Program-made: the position numbers and the translations under genes
The notes under the pieces: model-generated
Seen by the model: only the letters and a program-made list of their open reading frames with translations
Told to the model about the DNA's origin: nothing
The model's database searches: none
Assembly (NCBI GenBank): GCA_964511385.1
Contig: CAZEFE010000004.1
Coordinates: 85,111 to 149,110 of the forward strand
Direction of reading: 5' to 3'
Source: an uncultured Methylophilaceae bacterium
Lineage (GTDB): Bacteria > Pseudomonadota > Gammaproteobacteria > Burkholderiales > Methylophilaceae
DNA: 64,000 bases
Shown here: piece after piece, positions 19,219 through 33,534 of the stretch
Layout of the letters: the number at the start of each line of letters is the position of its first letter
Position numbering within the stretch: position 1 is the first letter of the stretch

Positions 19219-20082
19219 ATGAATTCTGTCTTTAAATCCGTTGCCCTGATCGGCAAATACATGAGCCCGGAAGTACGGGTGCAACTGCTGACGCTGGCGC
19301 AGTTTCTGGTTAAACGCGACATCAAGGTACTGGTCGAGGAAGTCACCGCCAATCGTCTGGAAATCAATGACTACGACACACGCAGCATCCAGGATATCGG
19401 CGCCGACAGCGACCTGGCGGTTGTTATCGGCGGCGATGGCACCATGCTGATGGCGGCGCGCGCGCTGGGCAATTACGGTATTCCGCTGGTGGGCATCAAT
19501 CGTGGGCACTTCGGGTTCCTGACCGATATTTCCTCCGATGTGATGCTGCCGACCATGGAGCGCATCCTGGCCGGGGAATATACCCTGGAGCAGCGCATCA
19601 TGCTGTGTGCCGAAATCGAGCGCAATGGCGAGATCATCAGCAAAGGCCGGGCTTTTAATGATGTGGTGGTGAGCAAGGGCACCACGGCCAAGCTGATCGA
19701 GCTGGAAATGATCGTGGACGGGCAGGTGGTCACCCATCAGCGCTCGGACGGCATGATTGTAGCCACGCCTACCGGCACTACGGCGTATGCGCTATCAGCC
19801 GGCGGGCCGGTGGTGCATCCGACCATGGATGCCTTCACCATCGTGCCGATCTGCCCGCACACGCTGACCAACCGCCCCATCATTGTCAGTAGCGGCAGCC
19901 ATATCCGCATCCAGTTCACCCACGGCGAAAATGCCCGCATCCAGGTGGATGGCTTGCCCTATATGGAACTGGAACTGGGGGATGTCGTCGACATCAAGCG
20001 CCACGATAAAACCGTGAACCTGCTGCATCCCTCCGGGCACAGCCATTTTGAAGTGCTGCGCGACAAGCTGTACTGGGGGTAA
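19219..20082 (+). CDS. nadK: NAD(+) kinase
   Basis: VVIGGDGTML motif and GINRGHFGFLTD. Confidence 0.94.
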   Translation: MNSVFKSVALIGKYMSPEVRVQLLTLAQFLVKRDIKVLVEEVTANRLEINDYDTRSIQDIGADSDLAVVIGGDGTMLMAARALGNYGIPLVGINRGHFGFLTDISSDVMLPTMERILAGEYTLEQRIMLCAEIERNGEIISKGRAFNDVVVSKGTTAKLIELEMIVDGQVVTHQRSDGMIVATPTGTTAYALSAGGPVVHPTMDAFTIVPICPHTLTNRPIIVSSGSHIRIQFTHGENARIQVDGLPYMELELGDVVDIKRHDKTVNLLHPSGHSHFEVLRDKLYWG

Positions 20083-20085
20083 CGT

Positions 20086-21738
20086 TTGCTGCGCTCACTT
20101 TCCATCAAGGATTTTGTCATTGTTGACCGGCTGGAACTCGACTTTGCGCCCGGCTTCACCGTGCTTACCGGCGAAACCGGTGCCGGTAAATCCATCCTCA
20201 TCGACGCCCTGTCGCTGGCGCTGGGCGAACGCGGCGAATCAGGCGTGGTGCGCCAGGGCTGCGAAAAGGCCGAGATCAGCGCCGAGTTCGATGCGGGCAA
20301 CCTGCCGGAGTTGAAGCAGTGGCTGGAACAGAACGAACTAGCCGACGGCAATGCCTGCCTGCTGCGCCGCGTCATCTACGGGGATGGCCGCAGCCGCGGC
20401 TTCATTAATGGCTCCACCGCCACCATGCAGCAATTGCGCGAAGCCGGCGACCTGCTGGTGGATATTTACAGCCAGCATGCCCATCACTCCCTGCTCAAAT
20501 CGGCCACCCAGCGCGCCTTGCTGGATGATTTTGCCGGCGCCGCGCCGCTCGCCCAGCAGGTGGCGGCCGCGCACAAGCAGTGGCGCACCCTGCTTGAACG
20601 CCGTATCGAACTGGAGCGCAATGCCAGCGCTTATGCGGAAGAACTGGCCGAATTGCGCGACCAGGCACGCGAACTGGCGCAGTTGAACGCCTCCGCCGAA
20701 GAATGGGAAACGTTGCAGCAGGAACACAGCCGCCTGAGCCATGCCGCCAGCCTGATTGCGGGCGGCGAGCAATGCCGCGACCTGCTGGCGGAAAACGACA
20801 TCGCCGTGGCGCGCCAGCTGGCCGTGGTACAGCACAAGCTGCAGGAGCTGGCGGAATATGACCCGGTGCTGCAGGAGGCGCTGGCCAGCCTGGATAACGC
20901 GTTGATCCAGGTTGAGGAGACCGACCGCTTCCTGAAAAAATACCTGGGGCGGGCGGAACTGGATCCGGATCGCCTGAATGAAGTGGAAGCGCGCATTCAG
21001 GCGATCCATGCCGCTGCGCGCAAATACCGGGCGCGCCCTGAAGAGTTGGCGGACGTGTTGCAGCAGTGGCATAGCCGTATGGCAGAACTGGACGGGCTGG
21101 GGGATGACGGTCAACTGGCGCGCGAAGAAGCCGCGGCGCGGGAGCAATACCAGCAACTGGCGAGCAAGCTGAGTGCTGAGCGCCGGCGCGTCGCAACGGA
21201 CTTAAGCCGCCAGGTCAGCGCCGAAATGCAGCGGCTGTCACTGGCCGGCGGGCGCTTCGAGGTGGCACTGACGCCGGTGGCGGAAGGCACGGCTCACGGG
21301 CTGGAGCAGGTTGAATTCCTGGTGTCCGGTCATGCCGGCATGGCGCCGAAACCGCTGGCCAAGGTTGCTTCCGGCGGGGAGTTATCGCGCATCAGCCTGG
21401 GGCTGCGGGTGGTTACCGCGGAGCAGGGCGCAACGCCCAGCATGATTTTTGACGAAGTGGATGTCGGCATCGGCGGCGGCGTGGCGGAAGTGGTGGGCCA
21501 GTTGCTGCGGCGCTTGGGACAATCCCGGCAGGTGTTGGTCATTACCCACCTGCCGCAGGTGGCGGCGCTGGGGCAGCAGCATCTGCGCGTCAGCAAATCC
21601 AGCGCCGGCGGGCTTACCCTGAGCCGGATCGAAGCGCTGAGCGCGGCGGAGCGGGTGGACGAAATCGCCCGCATGCTGGGCGGCGTGGAGATTACCGATA
21701 CCACGCGGGCGCATGCCGCAGAAATGCTCGGGCGCTAA
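20086..21738 (+). CDS. recN: DNA repair protein RecN
   Basis: Walker A GETGAGKS, a long coiled-coil middle, and C-terminal ASGGELSRISL / FDEVD. TTG start 3 nt after the nadK stop, preceded by GGGGG. Confidence 0.94.
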   Translation: MLRSLSIKDFVIVDRLELDFAPGFTVLTGETGAGKSILIDALSLALGERGESGVVRQGCEKAEISAEFDAGNLPELKQWLEQNELADGNACLLRRVIYGDGRSRGFINGSTATMQQLREAGDLLVDIYSQHAHHSLLKSATQRALLDDFAGAAPLAQQVAAAHKQWRTLLERRIELERNASAYAEELAELRDQARELAQLNASAEEWETLQQEHSRLSHAASLIAGGEQCRDLLAENDIAVARQLAVVQHKLQELAEYDPVLQEALASLDNALIQVEETDRFLKKYLGRAELDPDRLNEVEARIQAIHAAARKYRARPEELADVLQQWHSRMAELDGLGDDGQLAREEAAAREQYQQLASKLSAERRRVATDLSRQVSAEMQRLSLAGGRFEVALTPVAEGTAHGLEQVEFLVSGHAGMAPKPLAKVASGGELSRISLGLRVVTAEQGATPSMIFDEVDVGIGGGVAEVVGQLLRRLGQSRQVLVITHLPQVAALGQQHLRVSKSSAGGLTLSRIEALSAAERVDEIARMLGGVEITDTTRAHAAEMLGR

Positions 21739-21752
21739 TCCGGGTTAAATCA

Positions 21753-22442
<690 letters not shown>

Positions 22443-22525
22443 TTAGGGTAAAGTAGCCGGTACAAAAGCGCGGCAACAATATTACCGCGGTAGCCAGTGA
22501 ATAAGATTGTTTGCGGGGAGGGGAA

Positions 22526-22918
22526 ATGAAAAAAGTCATCAAATCGGACGCGGAATGGCGGGCACAGTTATCTCCCATGCAATATGCCGTCACGCGCGAG
22601 GCCGCGACGGAGCGGGCGGGCACCGGGGAATATGCCCACCATAAAGAGGTCGGTATCTATAGTTGTGTCTGCTGTGGCACGCCGCTGTTCGAGTCGGATG
22701 CCAAGTTCGATTCCGGTTGCGGTTGGCCCAGCTACTTCAAGGCGCTGAATCCGGAACATGTGCGGGAAAAGCGCGATACCTCGCATGGCATGATCCGGAC
22801 CGAAGTGATCTGCAATGTCTGTGACGCGCACCTTGGGCATGTATTTCCCGATGGTCCGCCGCCGACCGGCATGCGTTATTGCATCAACTCGGCCGCCCTG
22901 AACTTCACGCATAAATAA
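22526..22918 (+). CDS. msrB: peptide-methionine (R)-S-oxide reductase
   Basis: CxxC pairs (CVCCG, CNVCD) and the catalytic RYCINS motif. The ATG is preceded by GGGGAGGGG. Confidence 0.94.
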   Translation: MKKVIKSDAEWRAQLSPMQYAVTREAATERAGTGEYAHHKEVGIYSCVCCGTPLFESDAKFDSGCGWPSYFKALNPEHVREKRDTSHGMIRTEVICNVCDAHLGHVFPDGPPPTGMRYCINSAALNFTHK

Positions 22919-22923
22919 CCGGC

Positions 22924-24807
22924 TCAGGCCGTGAGTGCCGCGGTTTCTTCCACGCTGTCGTCGATCAGGAAGCCGCCGCTCTGGTGCGCCCACAGCTTGG
23001 CGTAAAGCCCGCCCTTGCTGAGCAGGCTCTGGTGGTCGCCTTCCTCGATAATGCGGCCTTCGTCCAGCACAATCAGCCTGTCCATGGCGGCGATGGTGGA
23101 AAGGCGGTGGGCGATGGCGACCACGGTTTTGCCTTCCATCAGGCGGTACAAACTGCTTTGAATGGCGGCCTCAACTTCCGAATCCAGCGCGCTGGTGGCC
23201 TCGTCCAGCAACAGGATGGGCGCATCCTTCAGCATCACGCGGGCAATGGCAATGCGCTGGCGTTGCCCGCCGGATAGCTTGACGCCGCGCTCTCCGACGT
23301 GCGCGTCGTATGCAGTGCGGCCTTTGGGGTCGCGCAGGGTCTGGATGAATGCATCGGCTTCGGCGCGTCTGGCCGCTGCCAGCATTTCCTGTTGCCCGGC
23401 TTCCGGGCGGCCGTACAGGATGTTTTCGCTGACCGAGCGGTGCAGCAGCGAGGTGTCTTGCGTCACCATGCCGATATTGGCGCGCAGGCTGTTCTGCGTG
23501 ACCTGGGCAATGTTCTGCCCATCGATCAGGATGCTGCCGGACTCCACGTCATAAAAGCGCAGCAGCAGGTTGACGATCGTGGACTTCCCCGCGCCGGAAC
23601 GGCCGACCAGGCCGACCTTTTCCCCGGGGCGGATGGTCAGGGAGAATCGCTTCAGCAGCTCGGCTTTGCCGCCGTAGGAAAAATCCACATGCTCGAAGCG
23701 GATCTCGCCCTTGTGCACCACCAGCGGTCGGGCCTGCTCGGCGTCTGTGACGATATGCGGGGTGGACAGGGTGTTGATGCCATCCTGTACGGTGCCGACC
23801 TGTTCAAACAGGGAGGTCATTTCCCACATTACCCAATGCGACATGCCGTGCAGGCGCAGCGCCATGGCGGTCACCGCGGCAACCCCGCCAACGCTGACCT
23901 GGCCATGCGACCACAGCCACAACGACACGCCCATGATGGCCAGCAACAGCAGCATGATGAGCACATGGTTGAGGATTTCCACACTGCTCACCATGCGCAT
24001 TTGCTTGTGCACCGATACCAGGAATTCCTGCATCGCCGATTTGGCGTAAGCCGCTTCCCTGCCGGCATGGGAGAACAGTTTTACGGTGGCGATGTTGGTA
24101 TAGGCGTCGGTGATGCGCCCGGTCATGATGGAACGGGCGTCGGCCTGCGCCTGCGATACCTTGCTCAGGCGCGGGATGAAATAGGACAGTGCGGCGATAT
24201 ACAGCGTGAGCCAGCAGAAAAACGGCACCATCAGCCAGGCGTTGAAATGCTCGGCAACCGCCAGCAGGGTGACCAGGTAAATCACCACGAACACCAGGAT
24301 GTCGCCGAGGATGAACCACATGTCGCGCACCGCCAGCGCGGTTTGCATCACTTTTGCCGCGACCCGTCCGGCAAATTCGTCCTGGTAAAAAGCCATGCTT
24401 TGGCCAAGCATCAGGCGGTGGAAGTTCCAGCGCAGGCGCATGGGGAAGTGCCCGGCTAGCACCTGGTGCTTGATGATGGACTGCAAGGCCACCAGCAGGA
24501 TGCTGCCGAGCAGGATTCCCGCCAGCAGGAATAAATGGCCGCGCTGCTGCGACCACAACTGGTCGGGCGGCAGCTTGCTCAGCCAGTCCACCACCCGGCC
24601 CATCATGGCAAAGAGCAGGGCTTCAAAGGCGCCGATGGCGGCGGTGAGCAGCGTCATGCTGAGCATGAAACCGCGCAGTCCCTTGGTGCAAATCCAGGCA
24701 AACGGCCAGAATTTAGCGGGCGGTGTGAGTGGGGGTGAATCGGGGAATGCGTTCAGGCGTTTTTCGAACCAGCTATACCAGTTATACACGGGGTGGGCTC
24801 CAAACAA
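22924..24807 (-). CDS. fused ABC transporter permease/ATP-binding protein (exporter type)
   Basis: N-terminal TM domain, Walker A GRSGAGKST, signature LSGGQRQR, Walker B ILLLDEATSALD. Confidence 0.9.
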   Translation of the reverse strand: MFGAHPVYNWYSWFEKRLNAFPDSPPLTPPAKFWPFAWICTKGLRGFMLSMTLLTAAIGAFEALLFAMMGRVVDWLSKLPPDQLWSQQRGHLFLLAGILLGSILLVALQSIIKHQVLAGHFPMRLRWNFHRLMLGQSMAFYQDEFAGRVAAKVMQTALAVRDMWFILGDILVFVVIYLVTLLAVAEHFNAWLMVPFFCWLTLYIAALSYFIPRLSKVSQAQADARSIMTGRITDAYTNIATVKLFSHAGREAAYAKSAMQEFLVSVHKQMRMVSSVEILNHVLIMLLLLAIMGVSLWLWSHGQVSVGGVAAVTAMALRLHGMSHWVMWEMTSLFEQVGTVQDGINTLSTPHIVTDAEQARPLVVHKGEIRFEHVDFSYGGKAELLKRFSLTIRPGEKVGLVGRSGAGKSTIVNLLLRFYDVESGSILIDGQNIAQVTQNSLRANIGMVTQDTSLLHRSVSENILYGRPEAGQQEMLAAARRAEADAFIQTLRDPKGRTAYDAHVGERGVKLSGGQRQRIAIARVMLKDAPILLLDEATSALDSEVEAAIQSSLYRLMEGKTVVAIAHRLSTIAAMDRLIVLDEGRIIEEGDHQSLLSKGGLYAKLWAHQSGGFLIDDSVEETAALTA

Positions 24808-24844
24808 TCAATGCAGAAGTCGGTGTTGTCCCGAAGGTATTCAG

Positions 24845-24921
24845 TGGTCGGGGTGAGAGGATTCGAACCTCCGGCCTCTACGTCCCGAACGTAGCGCTCT
24901 ACCAGGCTAAGCTACACCCCG
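24845..24921 (-). tRNA. tRNA-Pro (anticodon CGG), CCA encoded
   Basis: The reverse complement is CGGGGTGTAGCTTAGCCTGGTAGAGCGCTACGTTCGGGACGTAGAGGCCGGAGGTTCGAATCCTCTCACCCCGACCA. Anticodon stem CTACG/CGTAG with loop TTCGGGA. Confidence 0.92.
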
Positions 24922-24929
24922 AATGCGGT

Positions 24930-25898
24930 TTAGTGATTACGGCTGACCGCGAAGGTGGCTAATTGTACCAGAGCATCCTTGTAAGGTGAATCCGGAAGAT
25001 GGGCAATGGCGTTGCTGGCAGCCTTGGCCTCCGCTTCCGCCAGGGCGTATACGTAATCCAGCGCGCCGGTGTCATTCACCGCCTTGATGACTTGTGACAT
25101 GTTTTCCAGCCCGCCCTGTTCAATGGCGTTGCGGATCAGGGTAGCCTGTTCCGAGGTGCCGTTGCGCATGGCATATAGCAGCGGCAACGTGGGCTTGCCT
25201 TCGGCCAGGTCGTCGCCCAGGTTCTTGCCGATATCCACGGCGTCGCCAGCAAAATCCAGCACGTCGTCGATCAACTGGAAGGCGGTGCCCAGATGGCTGC
25301 CATAACTGCTCAAGGCGGATTCGTCGGCGGTGCTGGCGTTGCCGACCAAGGCGCCAAGGCGCGCGGCCGCTTCAAATAGCTTGGCGGTTTTGTAATCGAT
25401 GACCTTGAGGTAGGTTTCCTCGGCAATGTCCGCATCGTGGCAGTTCAGCAACTGCAACACTTCGCCTTCGGCGATGATGTTGGTGGCGTTTGCCAGGGTT
25501 TCCATGACGCGCATGTTTTGCACGCCCACCATCATTTGAAACGAGCGCGAATAAATGAAGTCGCCTACCAGCACGCTGGTGGCGTTGCCGAACATGGCGT
25601 TGGCCGTGGCTTTCCCACGGCGCATGCCGGATTCGTCCACCACGTCGTCATGCAGCAGCGTGGCGGTATGGATCAGTTCAATGACGGCGGCCAGCGTGTG
25701 GTGCTGCGGCGTAATGTTGCCGAGCGCACCGGCGGAGAGCAGCACCAATGCCGGACGCAGTCGCTTGCCGCCGCTGTTGATGATGTATTCGGCAACCTGA
25801 TTGACGAGCACGACTTCCGACAGGAGGTGTTTGCGAATTTCCGCATCGACATGACGCATCTCGGCGGCAATGCTGGCTTGAATGAAGTCGAGTGGCAC
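24930..25898 (-). CDS. ispB: octaprenyl diphosphate synthase
   Basis: DDxxD motifs LLHDDVVDES and QLIDDVLD. A GTG start at 25898 gives 322 aa and an E. coli-like N-terminal length. The start is uncertain (a TTG at 25931 is possible); the track ORF is over-extended. Confidence 0.9.
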   Translation of the reverse strand: MPLDFIQASIAAEMRHVDAEIRKHLLSEVVLVNQVAEYIINSGGKRLRPALVLLSAGALGNITPQHHTLAAVIELIHTATLLHDDVVDESGMRRGKATANAMFGNATSVLVGDFIYSRSFQMMVGVQNMRVMETLANATNIIAEGEVLQLLNCHDADIAEETYLKVIDYKTAKLFEAAARLGALVGNASTADESALSSYGSHLGTAFQLIDDVLDFAGDAVDIGKNLGDDLAEGKPTLPLLYAMRNGTSEQATLIRNAIEQGGLENMSQVIKAVNDTGALDYVYALAEAEAKAASNAIAHLPDSPYKDALVQLATFAVSRNH

Positions 25899-25962
25899 TG
25901 AGTTTTTTGTATAATGATGAAGGACGGGCAAAATTCTATCACAGCCATCAGGATGAATCTGG

Positions 25963-25991
25963 TTGACCTGGCTAGATGCTGTCCGTATAAT
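25963..25991 (+). promoter_or_regulatory. sigma70-type promoter for rplU-rpmA
   Basis: TTGACC, a 17-nt spacer, then TATAAT, followed by a GC-rich discriminator (GCGCG). About 65 nt upstream of the rplU ATG. Confidence 0.6.
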
Positions 25992-26056
25992 GCGCGATTC
26001 TTTTTCGATGCAGTTGTGATTCATTGGGAGTCGCAGCTGAACAAGCGAGGCTTAAC

Positions 26057-26371
26057 ATGTACGCAGTCATCAAAACCGGGGGCAAGCAGTATCGCGTGTC
26101 CGCTGGTCAAAAACTCAAAGTAGAAAAGCTGGCGAATGAAGTCGGTAGCGAAATCGTTCTCGACCAGGTTCTGGTGGTAGCAGATGGTGACAATGTCACG
26201 ATTGGCGCACCTCTGGTCAAAGGCGCTTCGGTTAAGGCAACCGTGGTTTCCCAAGGTCGTTATGACAAGGTCATGATCTTCAAAATGCGTCGTCGCAAGC
26301 ACTATCGCAAGACGCAAGGTCATCGCCAGTCCTACACCGAAATCCAGATTCAACAGATCGCAGCGAAGTAA
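26057..26371 (+). CDS. rplU: 50S ribosomal protein L21
   Basis: [14 protein letters not shown] start. Confidence 0.97.
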   Translation: MYAVIKTGGKQYRVSAGQKLKVEKLANEVGSEIVLDQVLVVADGDNVTIGAPLVKGASVKATVVSQGRYDKVMIFKMRRRKHYRKTQGHRQSYTEIQIQQIAAK

Positions 26372-26382
26372 GGGGTTAACAA

Positions 26383-26640
26383 ATGGCACACAAAAAAGCA
26401 GGCGGTAGTTCCCGCAACGGTCGCGACTCACAGGCCCAGCGTCTGGGCGTCAAGGTGTTTGGCGACCAGGTTGTCTCCGCAGGTAGCATCATCATCCGTC
26501 AGCGCGGCACCCAAGTGCACCCTGGTGAAAATGTCGGTATCGGCAAGGACCACACGCTGTTTGCCAAGGTTGATGGCAAGGTCAGTTTCAGCGTCAAGGG
26601 CCATCTGCAACGCAAACTGGTAAGCGTTACCCCGGTCTGA
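26383..26640 (+). CDS. rpmA: 50S ribosomal protein L27
   Basis: [16 protein letters not shown] start. Confidence 0.97.
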   Translation: MAHKKAGGSSRNGRDSQAQRLGVKVFGDQVVSAGSIIIRQRGTQVHPGENVGIGKDHTLFAKVDGKVSFSVKGHLQRKLVSVTPV

Positions 26641-26660
26641 TCGGATGCTGTATAAGCATG

Positions 26661-26694
26661 AAAAGCCTCGCCATCGCGGCGAGGCTTTTTTGTT
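26661..26694 (+). terminator. rho-independent terminator/attenuator after rpmA
   Basis: GCCTCGCC-atcgc-GGCGAGGC followed by TTTTTTGTTT. Confidence 0.8.
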
Positions 26695-26717
26695 TACGGC
26701 GGGAGCATAGGTTTTAA

Positions 26718-28857
<2,140 letters not shown>

Positions 28858-28870
28858 GCAAGGGGAAATC

Positions 28871-29371
28871 ATGTCAGACAAACAACCATTGGTTGCCATC
28901 ATCATGGGCTCCGACAGCGATTGGCCGGTGATGCAGGCCGCTGCCAATATGCTCAAGGACTTCGGCGTGGCTTATGAAGCACGCGTGGTGTCCGCGCATC
29001 GCACCCCGGATTTGATGTTCGAATTCGCTGAAACCGCTGCTGAAAAAGGTTTCCGTGCCATCATCGCCGGTGCCGGCGGTGCCGCCCACCTGCCGGGCAT
29101 GGTGGCGGCCAAAACCACGCTGCCGGTGCTGGGCGTGCCGGTGCCGTCCAAACATTTACAAGGCCAGGATTCGCTGCTGTCCATCGTGCAGATGCCCAAG
29201 GGCGTCCCGGTGGCGACGTTCGCCATCGGCGAAGCCGGTGCCGCCAATGCCGGGTTGTTTGCTGTGGCCCTGCTGGCAACCACCGATCAGGCGCTGGCGG
29301 CAAAACTCCAGGCATTCCGCAAACAACAAACTGAAAAGGTATTGGCCATGCAGTTGAAGGAGAGCGCATGA
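28871..29371 (+). CDS. purE: 5-(carboxyamino)imidazole ribonucleotide mutase
   Basis: [12 protein letters not shown] and [10 protein letters not shown] motifs. Confidence 0.96.
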   Translation: MSDKQPLVAIIMGSDSDWPVMQAAANMLKDFGVAYEARVVSAHRTPDLMFEFAETAAEKGFRAIIAGAGGAAHLPGMVAAKTTLPVLGVPVPSKHLQGQDSLLSIVQMPKGVPVATFAIGEAGAANAGLFAVALLATTDQALAAKLQAFRKQQTEKVLAMQLKESA

Positions 29372-30495
29372 TATTGCCGCCGAATATGCTGGGCATGCTC
29401 GGTGGCGGGCAGCTTGGGCGATTCTTTGTGATTGCCGCGCACGAAATGGGCTACAAGGTGACGGTGCTGGATCCCGATCCGCACAGCCCCGCAGGAAAAA
29501 TTGCCGATGTGCACCTGCATGCGGCGTACGACGACACGGCCGCGCTGGATCAAATGGCGCACACCTGCGCCGCGGTGACCACCGAATTCGAGAATGTGCC
29601 GGCCAGTACGCTGGAATACCTGGCGAAGTCCTGCCTGGTGCATCCCAGGGCGGAAGCGGTGGCCATTTGCCAGCACCGCATCAACGAAAAGAATTTCCTG
29701 CGCGACAATGGTTTTCCACATGCGACATATGCGCAGATTGCCACCGAAAGAGATGTGCCGGATGCGGCCAGCGGCCTGTACCCTGGCATTCTGAAAGTGG
29801 CGCGTTTTGGTTATGACGGCAAAGGCCAGGCGCGGGTGGGTTCGCCGGAAGAAGCCTTGGCGGCATTCCGCGACTTCAAGGGCGAACTGTGCGTGCTGGA
29901 GCAGCGGCTGACGCTGGATTATGAAGTTTCCGTGGTGCTGGCGCGCGATGCGGCCGGCAACGTGCAGGCGTTCCCCACGGCGGAAAACGAACATCGCAAC
30001 GGCATCCTCGATGTCAGCATCGTTCCTGCCCGCGGCAGCGCCGAAGTGCGCAACCAGGCGCAGGTACTGGCGCGCGGCGTGGCGGAAAAGCTGGGTTATG
30101 TCGGCACGCTGGGGGTGGAGTTTTTTGTCTGCCAGGGCAAACTGTACGTCAACGAAATGGCGCCGCGCCCGCACAACTCCGGGCACTACACCCTGGATGC
30201 CTGCGTCACCAACCAGTTCGAACAGCAGGTACGGGCGCTGTGCGGCTTGCCGCTGGGCAACCCGCACCTGCACAGCCCGGCGGTGATGGTGAACCTGTTG
30301 GGCGACATCTGGCGTGATGGCGAGCCGGAATGGAACCTGCTGTTCGAGCAATCCAACCTGAAGCTGCACCTGTACGGCAAGCCGGAGGCGCGCCCCGGCC
30401 GCAAGATGGGGCACTACACGGTAGTGGCGGAAAACCTGGATGCGGCATTGCAGGAAGCGATGCTTGCCCGCAAGAACATCAAGGTTGAAGGTTAG
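29368..30495 (+). CDS. purK: 5-(carboxyamino)imidazole ribonucleotide synthase
   Basis: ATP-grasp protein with [10 protein letters not shown] start and a 4-nt overlap with purE. Confidence 0.94.
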   Translation: MILPPNMLGMLGGGQLGRFFVIAAHEMGYKVTVLDPDPHSPAGKIADVHLHAAYDDTAALDQMAHTCAAVTTEFENVPASTLEYLAKSCLVHPRAEAVAICQHRINEKNFLRDNGFPHATYAQIATERDVPDAASGLYPGILKVARFGYDGKGQARVGSPEEALAAFRDFKGELCVLEQRLTLDYEVSVVLARDAAGNVQAFPTAENEHRNGILDVSIVPARGSAEVRNQAQVLARGVAEKLGYVGTLGVEFFVCQGKLYVNEMAPRPHNSGHYTLDACVTNQFEQQVRALCGLPLGNPHLHSPAVMVNLLGDIWRDGEPEWNLLFEQSNLKLHLYGKPEARPGRKMGHYTVVAENLDAALQEAMLARKNIKVEG

Positions 30496-30515
30496 GGTTA
30501 GTTAAATCTTGGTAA

Positions 30516-30548
30516 TAAAAAAGGCCAACCGGATGGTTGGCCTTTTTG
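30516..30548. terminator. bidirectional terminator between purK and rpsT
   Basis: AAAAA-AAGGCCAACC-ggat-GGTTGGCCTT-TTT. Confidence 0.85.
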
Positions 30549-30572
30549 CATTCACGCGCTGAGAATATTAAC

Positions 30573-30836
30573 TCAGGCCAGCGCCTTGATGGCGGCGGAC
30601 AGGCGGCTCTTGTGGCGAGCGGCCTTGTTCTTGTGAATGATGTTCTTGTCGGCGATGCGATCGATTACGCTGACGGACTCTTGATACACGGCCTGTGCGG
30701 CGGCCTTGTCGCCACCCAGTACTGCCTTTGCTACCTTCTTGATTGCAGTGCGCAATTCAGAGCGCAAGCTCGCGTTGTGGGCGCGTTGCTTGACCGCCTG
30801 ACGTGCACGCTTTCTTGCTTGTGCGCTGTTAGCCAT
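30573..30836 (-). CDS. rpsT: 30S ribosomal protein S20
   Basis: [21 protein letters not shown] start. Confidence 0.96.
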   Translation of the reverse strand: MANSAQARKRARQAVKQRAHNASLRSELRTAIKKVAKAVLGGDKAAAQAVYQESVSVIDRIADKNIIHKNKAARHKSRLSAAIKALA

Positions 30837-31020
30837 TAAACTTCTCCATTCAGAATTCTGTGAGCAAAAAACCGGGCCAAGTCGAAAATCGAGCCGAACT
30901 TAACCCAAATTTGAAAACGCGCAATCATACAGGGGCAAACCGGGTTTTGCAAGGCTAACTAGGGTGCTCGTGATAGAATTCGCGCTTTCATTATTTTAGT
31001 CGGCTTCATTCCCTAACACC

Positions 31021-32565
31021 ATGAATCTGCTCAAGGCGCTCGCCACTGTTGGCAGCATGACATTCCTGTCGCGCGTTCTCGGGTTCGTGCGGGATACGCT
31101 GGTGGCGCGCGTGTTCGGCGCCGGGCTGGAAACCGACGCTTTTTTTACCGCGTTCAAGATCCCCAACCTGCTGCGCCGCCTGTTTGCCGAAGGCGCGTTT
31201 TCCCAAGCTTTTGTGCCGGTGCTGGCAGAATACAAAAACCGCAAGGGGCACGAGGCTACGCAGGCGCTGGTGAACCATGTCGCCACGCTGCTGCTGCTGG
31301 CCTTGCTGGGGGTGACTCTGCTGGGCATGCTGGCGGCACCGGTGGTGGTGTATCTCAGCGCACCGGGATTCTATGCCGATCCCGACAAGTTCGGCCTGAC
31401 GGTCAGCATGCTGCAGATCATTTTCCCGTACATCCTGTTCATTTCGCTGGTGGCGCTGGCGGGCGGCGTGCTCAATACCTACAGCAAGTTTTCGGTGCCG
31501 GCGTTTACCCCGGTGCTGCTGAACCTGGCGTTTATTTTCGGCGCGCTGGTGATGGCCAAATATTTCAACCCGCCGATCATGGCGCTGGCCTGGGCGGTAC
31601 TGCTGGGCGGCGCGCTGCAACTGGCATTCCAGTTGCCGCATCTGGCAAAAATCGGGCTGCTGCCGAAGTTCCGCCTGAACCTGCACGACGAAGGCGTGTG
31701 GCGCATCCTCAAACTCATGGGGCCGGCGGTGTTCGGCGTGTCCATCGCGCAACTGTCGCTGCTGATCAACACCATTTTCGCCTCGTTCCTGGTCACCGGC
31801 AGCGTGTCCTGGCTGTATTACGCCGATCGCCTGATGGAGTTTCCCACTGGCATGCTGGGCGTGGCGCTGGGCACGATCCTGCTGCCCAGCCTGGCCAAGA
31901 GCCACAGCAACCGGGACACCGGGGAGTATTCGCAATTGCTGGACTGGGGGCTGCGCCTGACGCTGATCCTGGCGCTGCCGGCAGCGGCGGCATTGGCGGT
32001 GCTGGCGGTACCGCTGATTTCCGGCCTGTTCTACTATGGTCATTTCAGCGTGCATGACGTGTGGATGACCCGCCAGGCGGTCATCGCCTACAGCTGCGGC
32101 CTGCTCGGGCTGATCATGGTCAAGGTGCTGGCCCCCGGCTTTTATGCCCGGCAGAACATCAAGACCCCGGTCAAGATCGCGGTGTTTACGCTGCTGATGA
32201 CGCAATTGATGAATCTGCTGTTCGTGTTTGGCCTGCAACTGCACCACGCCGGGCTGGCGCTCTCCATCGGGCTGGCAGCCTGCCTGAATGCGGGGCTGCT
32301 GCTGTGGTTCCTGCTCAAGGGCGGCATTTACCAGCCGCGGCCGGGCTGGCTGGTATTCCTGCTCAAGGTTGGCGCCGCCGTTGTCGCTATGTCGTTGGCG
32401 CTGCACTTTGCCATGGGTAGCGACGACCTGTGGCTGCATATTTCGGCCCGGTGGCGGCTGATCCGCCTGCTGGGGCTGGTAGCGCTGGGCGTGGTCACCT
32501 ATTTTGCCGCATTGTGGGCGCTGGGTTTTCGCGCTAAGGATTTCGTCAGGCGCGCGGTTTCATGA
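31021..32565 (+). CDS. murJ: lipid II flippase MurJ (MviN)
   Basis: 514-aa polytopic protein with SRVLGFVRD and [11 protein letters not shown] motifs. Confidence 0.94.
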   Translation: MNLLKALATVGSMTFLSRVLGFVRDTLVARVFGAGLETDAFFTAFKIPNLLRRLFAEGAFSQAFVPVLAEYKNRKGHEATQALVNHVATLLLLALLGVTLLGMLAAPVVVYLSAPGFYADPDKFGLTVSMLQIIFPYILFISLVALAGGVLNTYSKFSVPAFTPVLLNLAFIFGALVMAKYFNPPIMALAWAVLLGGALQLAFQLPHLAKIGLLPKFRLNLHDEGVWRILKLMGPAVFGVSIAQLSLLINTIFASFLVTGSVSWLYYADRLMEFPTGMLGVALGTILLPSLAKSHSNRDTGEYSQLLDWGLRLTLILALPAAAALAVLAVPLISGLFYYGHFSVHDVWMTRQAVIAYSCGLLGLIMVKVLAPGFYARQNIKTPVKIAVFTLLMTQLMNLLFVFGLQLHHAGLALSIGLAACLNAGLLLWFLLKGGIYQPRPGWLVFLLKVGAAVVAMSLALHFAMGSDDLWLHISARWRLIRLLGLVALGVVTYFAALWALGFRAKDFVRRAVS

Positions 32566-33524
32566 GTGAGCACAGTGTGATGCAAGTGTTCCGGCATTTC
32601 CCGGAACAGGCGGAAGAGCCGATGGCGCTGGCGATCGGCAATTTTGACGGCGTGCACCTGGGGCACCAGGCCGTGTTGCGGCAGTTGAAAGATGCCGCGG
32701 CAAGATTGGGCGTGGCATCCTGCGTGATGACCTTCGAGCCGCACCCGCGCGAATTTTTCCATCCGCAACAGGCGCCGGTCAGGCTCGCTTCGCTACGGGA
32801 AAAGCTGGAACAGTTTGAAGCGGCCGGCATTAACCGCGTGCATATCTGCCATTTCGATGCGGCTTTTGCCGCGATGACGGCGGAAGATTTTGCCCGGAAC
32901 ATCCTGCATCGGTCGCTGGATGTACGCTACGTGATTGTCGGCGACGATTTCTGCTTTGGCGCCGGGCGCCGCGGCACGCTGGACATGTTGCAGCGTTTTG
33001 GGGATGCGCTGGGTTTCGAGGTGCAGGTGCTCCCCCCGGTCAAACTGGATGGCTTGCGCGTTTCCAGCACCTCCATCCGTAACGCGCTGGCTACCGGCGA
33101 CCTGGAACTTGCCCGGCAACTGCTGGGGCGGCCGTACAGCATCAGCGGCCATGTGGTGCATGGCGACAAGCTCGGGCGCGAACTGGGCTACCCGACGGCG
33201 AATATCCACATGCCGCATGATCATTCCTCGATGGACAAACCGCCGTTGACCGGCATCTATGCGGTAAAATTGGCGGGTGTGGACGATTTGCCATTGCCCG
33301 GTGTTGCCAGCCTAGGCGTGCGGCCGACGGTGAAGGAGCACGGCAGGGTGACGCTGGAAGTGCATTTGTTTGATTTTGACCGCGATATTTACGGCCGGCA
33401 CGTGCAAGTGCAGTTCCTGAAAAAAATCCGCGACGAGGAAAAACTCCCCGACCTGGAAGCGCTCAAGCGCAAAATTGCTGACGACGAACGTGCAGCCAGA
33501 GAATTTTTTGACCGATGTGCATGA
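32562..33524 (+). CDS. ribF: bifunctional riboflavin kinase / FMN adenylyltransferase
   Basis: [13 protein letters not shown] motif and GYPTANI riboflavin-kinase motif. 4-nt overlap with murJ. Confidence 0.94.
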   Translation: MSEHSVMQVFRHFPEQAEEPMALAIGNFDGVHLGHQAVLRQLKDAAARLGVASCVMTFEPHPREFFHPQQAPVRLASLREKLEQFEAAGINRVHICHFDAAFAAMTAEDFARNILHRSLDVRYVIVGDDFCFGAGRRGTLDMLQRFGDALGFEVQVLPPVKLDGLRVSSTSIRNALATGDLELARQLLGRPYSISGHVVHGDKLGRELGYPTANIHMPHDHSSMDKPPLTGIYAVKLAGVDDLPLPGVASLGVRPTVKEHGRVTLEVHLFDFDRDIYGRHVQVQFLKKIRDEEKLPDLEALKRKIADDERAAREFFDRCA

Positions 33525-33534
33525 CCCAACTGAT

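Noticed and set aside
24729-24962. 77-aa ORF spanning tRNA-Pro.
   Set aside because: It overlaps a well-folded tRNA gene on the opposite strand, so it is a spurious ORF.
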